A stretch of DNA of 63,909 nt from Pocillopora damicornis. Its lineage: Eukaryota. The position numbers were made by a program, and so were the translations under genes. Position 1 is the stretch's first letter. Every line of letters begins with the position of its first letter. Positions 12,214 to 25,160 of the stretch are shown here, piece by piece. The notes under the pieces were generated by a model. The model was given only the letters and a program-made list of their open reading frames with translations, ran no database searches and was not told the origin of the DNA. The DNA lies in contig NW_020847472.1 in the NCBI RefSeq assembly GCF_003704095.1, positions 372,092 to 436,000 of the forward strand. Direction: 5' to 3'.

Positions 12214-12327
12214 TAAGGGAGACATTTTCACCCACACAAGCTTTTTTATTCGTTCTCAAATGTCCACATTACTGGGTTTCACGTACGGTTTCTCATACTG
12301 ATCAAACTCCCCGTCTATCTCCATTAG

Positions 12328-14254
12328 TTGCCTATGTAATGCTCCTTGCTCACGCCAAGGCATGGCACACATACGATCAAGTCTTCCGCGCTTCACAGCA
12401 AGGCAAAGTATCCATAATTCTCAATGCGCAATGGGGAGAGCCCAAGAGTGACGCACAAGCTGACAAGGATGCCGCAGACCGAAGTCTGGAGTGGTGGCTC
12501 GGTTGGTTTGCTCATCCAATTTTCGTCAACGGGGACTGGCCCGACATTATGAAAAAGACAGTGAAAGAGAAAAGTGACGCTAAAGGAATACCGAATAGGT
12601 AGGAAAGTCAATTTTTATTCGCATGAGAGTATTCTGCGATCATGGCAATCGTGGATTCTTTTTTCAATTTAAGGTGGAGCTAAAAAAAAAAAAAAAGAAG
12701 ACCTCTCCGACTCTTGCGCTGTTTTACTTGCGCGTTTCCCCACTCCCCACACGAAAAAAGTACACCTAAGCACAGGTTCGTAAGCAAGATGGTAAGAGCG
12801 TAGTTAGTTGAGGCAAAGGGGAACCTGTGACTCTTCTCTTTATCCGGCAAAACTGATGGGTAATAAAAATAAAACAACCCAACATGCTTCAAAATGCCAG
12901 AGAGGACGCTGCTACTGGAATTCGCAGCTACATCCCCTGTCAGACCCGGTCCTGTAACTATCATGCATTTGAAGCAAATAAAACCCATCTTACAGCAAAT
13001 ACATGGGTAAACTGCAATGCTTGATCAGATTAAAACTTAGCAGCTCTGGAGCTTAGCAACTTAGAACATAATTGTTAGGAAATTGTTCAAATTGATTCTA
13101 TAGTCCTATTGTGAAACTGACAAAGTGACGCAGTATGTCAATCTCCAATCTTCTTTTATTTTTTTACTGAGACACAAACAAACGACTACTTTTAATTCGA
13201 TCGAGTGCCCAGATCAGTTTTTACTTCTCATACTTGATCATGTTCCTCTTCTTTTCCCTCAGACTTCCTGAGTTAACTGATCCAGAAAAACAACTCATTA
13301 AAGGAACAGCGGATTTCTTCGCTCTGAACATGTACAGTGCATTCCTTATTGAACATCAAGCATTCCCATCGGGCGTTGACTGGAACTACATGACTGATCA
13401 AGAAATGAAGACGTCTCCTCATCCGTCGTGGCAGCGAGGTAAGTCATTTGCTTTCAGAGTCCCTAACATATTTAATTAATTAGGGACCGGCAGGTAAGAG
13501 GCTCCTGGGAGCGGTCATTATTTATTCCCCGGGAGGGAGGGAAGGGGTAGGATGATTTTGGTTGTATCACAATAAAATGTTAACAGATCTCCCATAAAGC
13601 TCTCTAAAATTTTATGATTTCCCCCTTCCCCCCCTCCCTCCCCCCAATCATTAACAGTTAATTTGCTGGCAAATTTCTGTAGTCGCCCTTTATCGTCTGT
13701 TGGCGACGGCTGATTCCCCTACCCTTACAATCCCCTTGAAAGCCATGCAATCATTGGCACCCTTACAGCCAGGCGATGAATAAGGACTCCTCCCCTAATT
13801 AACATCAAGGCAATCCTTCTTACAAATCTCCCAGTTATTTCTTCCTTTACCAGGTGCCACTGTGTGGTTGTTCAATACTCCCTGGGCCTTGCGTAAGCTG
13901 CTCAACTGGGTGAAAGAACATTACAATGACCCTGAAATCATAATAACAGAGAATGGGTTTGCCGTCGATGGTGAAAATGAGCTTACAGTTGAAGAAGCCT
14001 TAAACGACGAGAAACGAGTCAATTACTTGACCTCTCATGTGAACGAAGCCTTAAAGGCAATCCGTCTGGACGCGGTTCGATTAAAAGGTTACTTTTACTG
14101 GTCACTTCTGGATAACTTTGAATGGATGGATGGATATCGAGTCCGTTTTGGTATACACCGGGTCGATTTTAATGATCCTAATCGAACCCGCACCCCCAAA
14201 AAGTCCGCAGAGGCGTATAAAGAAATCATTCGCAACAATGGTTTCCCAAGATAA
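12328..14254 (+). CDS. Second glycoside hydrolase family 1 gene, last three exons: 12328-12598, 13263-13438, 13854-14254
   Basis: Motifs MLLAHAKAWHTYD, NGDWPDIM, KGTADFFALNMY, ITENG and WSLLDNFEW. GT-AG introns sit at the same positions and phases as in the minus-strand paralog. Confidence 0.92.
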
Positions 14255-15113
14255 AAGGACGAAAAGTCGGAGTTGTGATATCTTAACGAATGTAAACTAA
14301 GCCTAAATCCAGGGAGAAATGTTAACATGACCGAGATCGTTATACTAAGGAAACGCGTAAAAGATTCTCAAAAGTACGTATGTTTTTCGATACCTGAAGG
14401 GCGGGAGTAACTAACCTGGAATGTTCCTTATTACAGAGAGATTGTATTCGGAGTTTGCTTTGATTTCGACGTTTTTAACACAAGGATAGCATGTAACCTA
14501 CCTCCATTGTCGATCAAACTGGTCTGCCTATGCATATATACATATATATCTATTAAAGCAGGCGAAGACTAAGTTGTTGCTGTTGTGTTTTTCTTTAATT
14601 ATTAACTCGTCTGAGGACAGAAGAAGCCCCCNNNNNNNNNNNNNNNNNNNNCATTAACCAGACTATTCAGTTTTGTGAATAGAATTTCATTGTAAATGCT
14701 TCAATCACAAACTTTCGGCTAGATTAGAAAAGAAGACTTACCCGTGTTTCATACCGCATCAAAAAAGTTTCCCCGCTTTGGTATCAGGTGCATCTTTCTC
14801 CACTACTAACGCCATTCAAATTTCCCGCCCTCAGCACCGGCTGCGACCGACTGTATGTTTTTCCTCCATTTATGATAGTGCCAAGCTTTGTAGCTTTTTT
14901 TAGCGTTACTTATGCATTTATTCTGTTCTTATCTTGAAATACTCCCTCAAAGAAACAATTAATAGTTTGATAAATAATAATAGTTTGACAAATAATAGTT
15001 TGAAAGCGAGAGCAACACATAATAAAAGAAAATGCTTGAACTCGAGGAAGTCCTAATCGTTCATCACAACGTGCGTGAAGACTGGGCTCTGGATGCACAA
15101 CAAATTATGCAAA

Positions 15114-18100
15114 ATGGCGGAGTTGAAAGCACCGGAATCTTGTGGATCTCTTCGTAGTTTGTGCATAAAAATTGTTCTCCATTATCCGAAATTGGCCGAG
15201 AAAGGATTCAGTTTGCTTCCTTTTGAGGTCATTCAAGCTATTCTTGATGCTTCTGTTCACAATCGAAGTATAGGTCTGATACAGCAGGTCTTGAAATTTT
15301 GGCCTTCGCCTGTGGCTGTCTTAAGCGGAGTTTCAAGCACCTCACGTGACGAGGAATTTGTTGCAAGGGCTGTAGTTGAGTACATTTCTAAAAGGGACGA
15401 AGCTGATAAAGTCCAAGTTATTGACCTAAGGCAAAGAAATATTGGTGAGTTTAGTAGGCTGTGAATTTTTATGCGCAAGTCAACGTAAATCCCCGCTCAT
15501 TTAACTGCATGGCACTTTGCTAGTAACTTGTATGATGCCCCGCACTTCGAGCTAAGGCCAACTTATTCGTCTTATTGAAGCTAGTGACCCCGCTCAAATC
15601 CCCCACTCTAATAAAAAAAATTAAAGGTGGTATACATAGCCTATTGTTAATCCTTTAACTTTATTACATAAATATTAGCTAATAATGTCAATCATATATT
15701 CAAAGCTTTCTTACCTTCTTGTCCAAAGTCAGAATATTTTCAATTCAAGTCCCAGTTCACCTTGGTTGAAAGTGCCCTGGTCCTTTCCCCTGCTGATCCT
15801 GGATGACATGCAAAAGCTATTAAAGTCCCCAGTAACCATAGCCTGTACACCTATCAAATGATGGAAAACTCCCTGCAAATGCCTCACTAACTCCCAGTGA
15901 TGAGGGGTTTTTACATTAACCAGTGCAGTGATGTTACATATTATTAGTTACCATTTTACTCATTGAATGTTTAGATGAACTGCCAATCTTTCTGTGCTAT
16001 TGATTAAATTATTTATTCTTTGCCTAATTAATTTTGAATTACTTACCTGTTGACCCAAAAAATCTGAAATAGTACTTTTCAAAACCCTTGTTACTTCCCC
16101 CAGTAATACAATATAGCAGTGCTCTGAGTCCATAAACCCAATGAAATTTGAGAAACTGAAAACTGAGAGAAAAACCTTCACAAAAAGTCATTGATCATCT
16201 GAAAAACATGGCATTATGCCAAAAAATTTGCTAACATTTATCTCCTCCTTCCTCTGCCCTCCCCCCTTCCCAACCCCCATTACATCCACCAACAGGCAAA
16301 ACTTGCTAAGAATAAAAGGCATACTAAAATTCAAAACTTAACATTTTACTGATTCAGTTTCCTGAAGTGTAAGCAAGAAAAGCAGGCTAACTATCATTAG
16401 TGCTCAGGCTACAGAATTTATCCTTGTTGAACTGGGATTTTTAAGAAGGTTAGGCAATATTCTGGTATTATGCTCTGATTGTAGGAATATGTCCACAATT
16501 ATGCCATCGAATGCCTGCTTGATAACTGAGTATAGACTTGCATGGCTGGGGGAACTCCCACAATCTACTTGACCACCTGTAAGAGGTCTTTTTAGTGGAA
16601 TAGTTTGGAACTTGGGGCAAGAACTAAGAGCTATAACATATGTATCATATACTGTTATGGTTCTAAGTTAGATTGAGATGTGCATTTTGGTAAAGAGTAT
16701 TGGTGATCCATAAATATGAATCAACTTACTGTAAAATCTCCTGTATAAATACAAATGTGGGGGAATCAAGTTAATTTATCTCCATTAAAAATTAAATGGA
16801 GTTCTACTTCAGGGACAGTTTTGTTTTTTAATCTATTTTTTTTAATATAAAAAAAGAATTATCTGGAGAATGATACACAGCAAACTACAGGAGCATGTTG
16901 TTAAAAATTGATGACAACAATAAGTAAAGATATAGTTATAATTGCAGGGAAATAATGTGAAAATCACTGTTGAAGATAGCAATTAATCACCCTTTACACC
17001 CTAATATCAGTATACATATACTGTTCTCCACAAATATCCATGGTGGCCAACATAGAAGAACTTCTTGTTGGTGATCATTTCCTCTATTCATGATCTTAAT
17101 GTTTATTCAGGGGTGATTTTATGAGGAGAAATTAAATGTTAGTCACTCTTAGGGTGAAAGTGGTGAAGCAGAAACCGATGAGGATGACTTCTTTAAAGGA
17201 CTTTTGACAAAAGAGTCTCTTCCAGGCACACAATTTGTTTGAATTAGCAAAAAAGTAAGGCCATTGTGGGATTAATGAAGTGTTGGGTTGTATTATTGAA
17301 ATATTCTTACTGAATGAAAAATAATACAAAATTCATATTCATAAGTTAAAATACAAACTGGTGAAGTGACCAATGAGAAAGATCATATTGTGCTGGTAAC
17401 AAGCAAAATTCTGACAAAGAGAAATGCAAAATATATGCTGCTTATGCATTTGTCTAAAAGATCTACATAAAAATCTAAACTATTGTAAATTCTCGGTGGT
17501 GCGTTCATCATGTGCATATGTCAAAACTCAAAGTAATGAATTCATAATTGTCAGGGATGCTGAATACTGCACCAATTAATGCGATGCAACTCAATATGCA
17601 AGCACCCAAAGAAAATAATCTGTAGATCAAGAAAAGTTTTCAGTTTCGTCTTGGTAATTGAGATAGTTTAATTTTCAGGATTCCTTGGTAGTACCGTTCT
17701 ATGCAGGGCTGTCATTGCTGCAAATAAAGACAGTACATTAGCAGAAGTTGCCAATGGAACCCCCTTTAATGTAGCTATCCATCTCAAGCCAGTTCTTGCT
17801 GTGTATGCAGACATTTGTGTGAATTACAGTAATCCTGAGACGGTATTGAAAGCATTGGAAACAAAGAATGGTTTTGTTCAACTCTGTATCTCTGCTTTTA
17901 GTGCAGTAGAACTTGGAGATCATAGACTTTCTGGTCTCTTGAGAGTTCTTAATTCAGACCATTTGGTAGTATTGGATTTGTCATATAATGGATTGGCTTA
18001 TTATGACAACGTCAGCGTCGATTTGTCATCGATTTTCCAAGAGATGCAAAAATTCACAAAGTTGCGCGCTCTAGCACTCTCTTATAATTCCTTGGGGGAA

Positions 18101-18460
18101 AGCCATTTGATGAATCTGTGTAAGGTTTTGGAGAAATTTCCATGCCTCGTATCTCTCGATCTTAATGGTAACTATGTTGGTGGTTGCATTAGACTTCTTT
18201 TGAACAGCGTTAATCAACCACTGAAGTGCTTACGATTAGAAAACGGCAGAATATGCGATAGCGGAATTAGGAGCATTGCATGTTCCAAACATTCAACTCA
18301 ACTCACCGAGTTGGATATTTCTTTTAACTGTCTTTCGTCAGAATGCCTTCCTGATCTTCTCTTTATTTTGGAGGCGTCCAAGAACACCTTACAAAGCCTG
18401 AACGTTTCAGGAAACGAGGTTGAAACAGTGTTAGACCTAAACTGGCAAACAATTTGTTGA
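15114..18460 (+). CDS. LRRC14/PRAME-family leucine-rich-repeat protein (~370 aa; exons 15114-15444 and 17679-18460)
   Basis: aaaATGGCG start. The N-terminus SLRSLCIKIVL...LLPFEVIQAIL...VLKFWPSP matches the LRRC14/PRAME BC-box/Cul2-box region. Phase-1 donor G|GTGAGT (15445) and TTTTCAG acceptor (17678) join in frame. RI-like LRRs (LDLSYN, LALSYN, LDLNGN, LDISFN, LNVSGN). Confidence 0.8.
16984..17165 (-). mobile_element. Degenerate reverse copy of the 841-1052 MITE, in the LRRC14-like intron
   Basis: ccctttacaccctaatatcag...gatcatttcctctattcatga...ttcaggggtga is the reverse complement of the family core. Confidence 0.6.
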
Positions 18461-18690
18461 TCTACTCTCAGTATAGACTCTCTCAATAAATGGATTTTGG
18501 ATTGTTCTCTAAATAACAAAGTTTTTACGTTTCTTCTTATCTTAAAAGGTTCCGGAAGTTATTGCAAACAGAAAATAATAAAAATCTTTTCTTTCGCTGT
18601 TGATTAACGTAGTGCGTCCCTATTGTCACGGTAACTTTTAGTGATTCTCTGTCAACCGACAGCTGTTTGGTTTGAAAGTCGCTCCGACTA

Positions 18691-18944
18691 AAGCCTGCGG
18701 GAAGACCTTCGTTATAATGACTTCGGCACGAGCAGTTCTTCACCCGCCTGCGGGAAAGTACAAGGCCTTGAGCGACACGAGCCAGCTAGAGGCATGAAGA
18801 GGGGTCTAGCATTGATAATGATTATTAGTGCCAGATCTTTGGCAAATCAACCTCTCCCAACTCGTCTCAAATCTTACTGCGGGCGGAAAAAGAGATGAAA
18901 CGCGCATCCTGCAGCGCTTATAACGAGGCCGTGCTCGCAGGCCA
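18691..18944. mobile_element. Fold-back MITE with AGCCTGCG termini and a 9-bp target-site duplication (Academ/AcademH-like non-autonomous element)
   Basis: Termini aAGCCTGCGGG...CTCGCAGGCca. Flanks ctccgacta (18682-18690) and atccgacta (18945-18953). Nested inverted arms throughout. Confidence 0.65.
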
Positions 18945-21445
18945 ATCCGACTAGAAGTGAAGTGGTAATTGGTGATTCAGGGTTCGGAAATGATAAGAAA
19001 AAGGAATGAGGTGCACTTGTTTTCGAATTCTGCAATTTTTTATAAGCATTGTTTTCCCAAATAAAGCTAAATTGCTAATGCGTTTTCTTCCATTTAATAA
19101 TTGATGATGTTGTTTTATGAACGTTCTAAATCTCCTTATTGAATACTTCCCATATTTTTGTTTCCTGTTTGTTTGAAAATGTCTCAACCGAGAAAGGTGA
19201 AGTTATGTATCGATCACCACTAGGTATTGACCACTTTAGAGTCAAAAACGTCTTTTGACTCTTCATGAGTTAGAGAAAGGCTATTTTCCATTTCGCCTCC
19301 TGTTTGATTGACGTGAATATTTGTAAACTTATGTTACTAGTGAAAAACTGTTCTTATGTTTTTGTCCTGCCATCTTACTTCTTGTTTTTCTGTGCCGGCT
19401 ATCGCACCAGAACCTTTAAAAAATATATAATTGTAAAGGATTGAAAATTAACCCCACCACAGAGTCAATGAACAAGCTGAGCTAAAAGATAAAGCGTTCT
19501 TTATTGGACCACTGGAAATAACCGCGGGGTGGCTGGGTGGGTGGTCTAAATTTTCAACTGACAAAACACAAAATTCTAAAGACGTAGTTAGAGGGAGTAA
19601 ATAATTAAAGGTAATGAATTTGATGTCCTCGCAGCAACCTTCCTGTGAAACTTCTGATAATATAAACCAACCACGAGACTCTCATTACCCATAGTTTTAG
19701 AAGTAATCCTGAAGAAAAAAACTGTAAATAATTGGCGATGTGCGTTTCGAAAAAAAAAACATTGAAGTGCATATATCAATTTCTCTAGTCTTCGTTTTTT
19801 TTCCTTTGACATTGTACTCCCCGAGGGAAAAGTGGGTAAAAAAAGAGTACAATACATAGCAACTTTTGGAGTTGTTTACGCACTTAATTAACTAGGTGGG
19901 TCGTCGGTAAGTGCTCGACTGCGAAGATGTCAAGCCGCCAGCGAATTCATCTCTCTCGTTCCTTGTAATCAGAGCTGGCTTTTGAAAATTGCCGCTAATT
20001 TACGAACCCATTATGCTTTGTCGTTGTAGTTGTGCCGAATTCCATTAAGAATTGGTAAAATTTACATAAAACTACGTTATTATGATATGTTTTGGTTACT
20101 TTGTTTTTCTTTAGTATCCCTTGTTAGTCAGTAACAATCCATCTAACTACCTCAGTAATCAGCTTGAGAAAAGGCCCTGAGCTCCTTGGTTCGTCGTTGA
20201 TTTCATTCGCCCACTGAATTTACGCAAGCGTGGGAAGTGTTGCCTCAGGGTAACCTGGCATCTGCAGCAGATGCCAGAGTCTTAGTCCAAATAAATATAT
20301 AGCTGATGAACTTGTAAAACAAAGAGAAAATTAGCCAAACCTCAACTGCTGAGGTTTTGACTAAAAGCCTGAATTGCAGCGACGAGTTTGACGCATCAGT
20401 GCGGAAGAACCGGCGTAGCAGCCTCGATTCGTTGATTTTCCAGATTGTTCAGAGTTGCATGGTCTCTGCTCTTGATTTCAATTACTATAGTGTGTGATTT
20501 CAAAGTGCACAAACAGATATACCGCCAGTGTAATATTAAAAAAACAAAAAAAAAGCAAGAGATCTGGTCATGTTTACCCACTCCTACATGCATCAAAATT
20601 GCTAATCTATGGAAATTTCTTGGAGGAAGAATCCCAGATTGACGGAAAGGCAAACCGTGCGGATAGATGTAAAACTAGAAAGACTCCTTTCCAAACAGGC
20701 ATTTAAAAGTTAGGCAAACAATTCATGTCACCTTTGGTAACCCTTTGCTCAACACGAGAAGAAAATAATTAGTTCCAAACAGGAACAAGGAAAAAGGAAT
20801 TAGCTGCCATGCGTTAAGTTACGAGGAGATGTAAAAATTAATCATTGGCAACATTAATTTCAGATGAGACAGGCCATAGGAAGAAAGCAATATATCTGCA
20901 TAGAAATTTTTTTTGCCGCCTTGGGTTCCTTACATTCGACATGTAGAATTTCAAACTCGCCCGCACTAATAATTCTTGTGTAAACGTTTAGGCTTAGAGG
21001 AGGGCTATGTTATTATTAGTATTGTTTTTATTATTCAAATTTGTTTTCCCAAGAGAATATTAGTTGTTCTCTTAGTTTTCCTAGGTAAGTTTTTTAAGAA
21101 CTTATTTTTTGGTCTCGTTTTCTTGGCACTTTCATGCTGATCTATTCTTTCTCGCAATGTATTTTCTGTTACTATCTCAATCTCTTTGACTGGTTAAATT
21201 ATGCTAATTTATTGAATCGCCTGAGCGAGCTTTGAAAGGTCTGAAAGGACCCGCGAGAGGTGTATTCATTCGAGAATGTTGCGTATGCAAAATCGCTGTC
21301 ACGCGATAATCAAGTGGTCAACTATGACAACAATATCTTAACTCAAGCAGGATGTCTTCGAAAGTTGTTATTTGCTTTTCGTTCTTTCATAAATCGATCG
21401 ATTTTTTTTGTTGTGAGAGAAAGCGTAACGGTAGCTGACATTGAT

Positions 21446-22411
21446 ATGATCGTATCGCCATTAATTCTCTGCTTTGGAGCGTTGTTCAACCTCTATGTCG
21501 CGTTGTACTGCTTTCAGTGCTCAAGATGGCGGTCATCAAACAACTTGAAATATTTCATCGTGTTCCAGACGATTGTCAACACCGGCAATTTGTTCGCTCA
21601 TCTTGTTTTGCTGCTCCGTGACGAGCTTAACGATTTTGACGAGATCGCAAGAGTGGGAGATCACACAATTTGTGACATCTTGCCCAACATCACAGCATGT
21701 TTTATGTCGCTGTCCGTGTTCAACCTTACCGCGTTTGTTGTTGTGCGCTATTTAACGAACGAGCGTCGATGGACACTGTCTGCTCTAAAAATCGTATTCA
21801 CACTGCTCGGAATCGTTGTGTCATCTGGGCTGCTTTTGTCTCCAGCTTTGAGTTATTTATATCATCAAATGCCAGTTCTCAAGTGTAATGGTTGTTACTG
21901 TCCGTCACCGGGTATGATTTGGGAGGCTAATTTCGATGTATGGCTCTACGGTTATATGGTAATCTTGCTTCAGTTTGTTATTCCAGCGATCATTCTTTCT
22001 ACAGCGGTGCTTAGAGGCCTTGCAAGACAATTGGAAGAGACGCGTACTTTAAGAGAGAGTTGGTACAGATGGCGGTGCGGACTTAAAAGTACAAACATCG
22101 TTACTTTAGCTGTGTGTCTCTTTATAACATTTATTCTGCCAGTGAGAGGAATTCGCTTTGTTGCCGGAGAGCACTTCTTCCCGGACAGCACGAAGCGATT
22201 CGCTGAGATTGAACTTCTAAATTCTGTTTTTTACATCTTGGAAATCTCTTGGGCTGCAATCACCGCTATATTGCCAGTTTGCCTGAAAAATCTGACTGAC
22301 GATGAAATTTCTGGTGAACAGAAGAAAGAAAACAACAATGCGGGTCGAACAATGAGCCCTCAAAGCAAAACCTACTACGAGGCTTTGGTGGAATTGGAAC
22401 TATGGGAATGA
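21446..22411 (+). CDS. Atypical rhodopsin-like (class A) 7TM receptor, single coding exon
   Basis: Open frame 21260-22411 with the first ATG at 21446. Seven hydrophobic segments, TM1 G..FN, Cys at the top of TM3, VRY at the DRY position, TM5 FVIP and TM6 F....LP. The start is uncertain. Confidence 0.75.
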   Translation: MIVSPLILCFGALFNLYVALYCFQCSRWRSSNNLKYFIVFQTIVNTGNLFAHLVLLLRDELNDFDEIARVGDHTICDILPNITACFMSLSVFNLTAFVVVRYLTNERRWTLSALKIVFTLLGIVVSSGLLLSPALSYLYHQMPVLKCNGCYCPSPGMIWEANFDVWLYGYMVILLQFVIPAIILSTAVLRGLARQLEETRTLRESWYRWRCGLKSTNIVTLAVCLFITFILPVRGIRFVAGEHFFPDSTKRFAEIELLNSVFYILEISWAAITAILPVCLKNLTDDEISGEQKKENNNAGRTMSPQSKTYYEALVELELWE

Positions 22412-23310
22412 GGAGCATATCGAAAGACCAAAGAAATTCAAGGTAATTCGACATGAATTTTCGCCTCAACTGGGTCGCAGTAAACCACATTTTCCGAAAG
22501 TTATTAAGAAGTAAACCACAGCGTCATGTTATGAAGTAACCACTCGTAACGAGGGTAATTTACCGTTACGATTTAGTGGCAAAAGTAATTCGGGTAACTC
22601 AACATGGATATGGTACAACTAGGACGCGCTAGAAACTATTTTTTGCGAAATTAATTTTAAACACAAATCAGCGGCTTATGTTTGAAAGTCAAATTAAACC
22701 CACGCGTGTGACTTTAAAATGAATTTTCAAGCATAACAAATTATAAGTTATTTTCTATTTTGAAAAAAATTCCATATTTATGCGTCATCTTCATGTAATT
22801 TTACAGCTTTAAACTGCAAAAGGCGGAGTTGGTGCTGTATCGACTTGCAAATCTTATAGCCATGTAAAGCTTGTATGAAATTGATTGATAGTTCCTTCGG
22901 TGCACTTATTTAATATGCTGGTCATGTTTGCATTTTTTTTTCTACCTCCTTGTGGTCTTTCATTTGTGAAGCTGAGGTACAAAGAAGCTCTCAATGGACT
23001 TATAGTTTTTACCGCTAACGGTTAAAATTTTGGCCAGTTTACGGCTAACAGTTAATATTTTTCCTTTGTTGTATCAGGAAAGCTTTTGCTTTTAATTTCC
23101 TGTTCGACTAATTTTTAAAATAGTCAATTTTTACACCTTGCGGCTATTTTTTTTGTCCGTTTACGGCTATCGGTTAACCCCATCGAGACCCTTTACAAAA
23201 TCTAGCAAAACGTACCTGGTGGCTTTCGAGTATTCAGACCGAAATGCAAGGGTAACTATGACATCAAAAAATGTATTAGAACTTGCATCGTAATGTTGGC
23301 AAAACGTCTG

Positions 23311-23840
23311 GGCAACATTTATTCTTTTATACACACAATATTGAAAGGTGGCAAATTTTGAGTTTATTCCTTGTTTTGACAAAGAAAGTTATGCTCCGTA
23401 GATACTAGAACAAAAAAAAAAAATTTCCCGACCACACGCATTCGAACCTCAAACGTTCGTACTTTGCAGTTACAAGGGTTTGACTTAGGTTTGAACCTCC
23501 GTGTGAAGTAGAACGCCAGCAAATACGTTACAAATAACTCATAACCAGTAAGTAACATTATTACTTATTTCTAGCTTTCAGCACAGGCGACATTTATTCT
23601 TTTGTACATACAATATTGATAGGTGACAAATTTTGAGTTTATTCTTTGTTTTGATAAGGAAAATCGTGTTCCGTATATACTGGGACAGAGAAAAAGATTT
23701 CCCAACAACAAACGTTCGTCCTATGCAGTTACGAAGGTTCTACTTTAGGTCTGAACCTCCGTGTGGAGTAGAACGCAAGCAAATAAGTTACAAATAACTC
23801 ATAAGTAAGTAACAGTAAGTAACATTATTACTTCTTTCTA
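23311..23840. repeat. Tandem duplication of a ~270-bp unit (23311-23572 / 23587-23840)
   Basis: Both units run acatttattctttt...aaattttgagtttatt...tgaacctccgtgtg.agtagaacgc...agtaagtaacattattactt. Confidence 0.8.
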
Positions 23841-24959
23841 ACTTGAAGCGAGTGCACGGAGCGAGATACTCGCCCCTTGCGCGCCTGAAAACGTTTAAAG
23901 AAAACCAAAACAAAAACTTGGCGCCTGTTTTGCCTTCCTATTTTATTCTTGACTCAGTTAGGTTCCATTCGGGGGCAATCAAGAGCCTAGTATTTTTAAC
24001 CTCAGAGCACAACACTGTCTTTTCTACGATTTCTTCAACTGCAGCTCGCCATTCTATACCTGTATTTTGCCCGAATAAGCTGTTGCAATTACATAGCATA
24101 TGATTGTGTTGATAATTTGTTTACATCATCCCAGGTGCTCTGCAATCCGTTGTATAATGGGGAATATTATTGATTTTACTGAGACTGATATTGATCGGAA
24201 ATCATGTTTCTTTGTAGTTTCGATCATTCTAGTTTACCTCTAAACGTTTTTCGATGGCTAATTCATGATGAGAGCAAAGTTTCTTTATTTTAAATTCCTC
24301 TTTGATTAACATATAGCTTCCAGGTGATTGTACGTGTGAATAATTATTTCTTTTGGTCGTTCGGTTAGAATTTACGATTATTTCATTCATACCCATATCA
24401 CAGGCCTGGCCTGCTTAACGAGCAAGCCCTTCAATTTCCTCTTGCCTCTAAGGAAATTTTCTTTATTTGTTTAGTATTATTTTTTCCATATTCGTACATA
24501 GTTAAATTTGTCATGTTGACATGAAGGAGATTATTGTAGGATTAAGACTCAACAATACATATTGGCATGTCGCTGATTTGACGCTGAACCTGTCCATGCC
24601 ATTTCTTGTACCACTAAATGTAAGTAGAATAAACATCAAGGTTTAATAGGATCAGCAAGGAAATGAAATCTGTTATAAACGATTATGAACGGCGAAGAAA
24701 CATGAGCGAACGTTTGTAAGGTCTGAAAGTATCGTCAGATATTATATTTTAACTAACAAGCCTTATGTATCAATTATTATTTAATCAATTATATTTAAAT
24801 TGTTGTAACGCGATTATTTTACGATCTGGTGAAAAGTTGTGTAACTGAACCTTGTGTAAGCAAGAAAGATTTGAAACCAAACATTCGGTGAAAGATTGAA
24901 TGTCTCGCTTTAAATTTTACTGACTTAAGTACGAATTAAGTATCCTACTCTCTTAATAC

Positions 24960-25146
24960 ATAAACCCTTTAATTGTGATTAGCATTTAATTTCTCCATAC
25001 GATATCACCCCTGAATTAAACACTGAAGTCATGAGAATAAAGGAAATGATCACCCACTAAAGAGACTTTTGATTGCTCAACAAATTCTCCTTGTCAGCAC
25101 CTTTGGAAATGTGCAGAGAACAGTATGGAGAATATGCATGCTGATG
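24960..25146 (+). mobile_element. MITE copy (841-1052 family), right end truncated
   Basis: Direct similarity to 841-1032. It stops just before the Penelope-derived inverted segment. Confidence 0.7.
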
Positions 25147-25160
25147 GCGTAAAGTCCGAG

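Noticed and set aside
18670-18955. RNase P/MRP, telomerase or other known ncRNA
   Set aside because: A P4-like pairing is possible (AAGuCGCT/AGCGCTT) but the helix order does not fit and there is no telomeric template. Terminal repeats plus a TSD favour a MITE.
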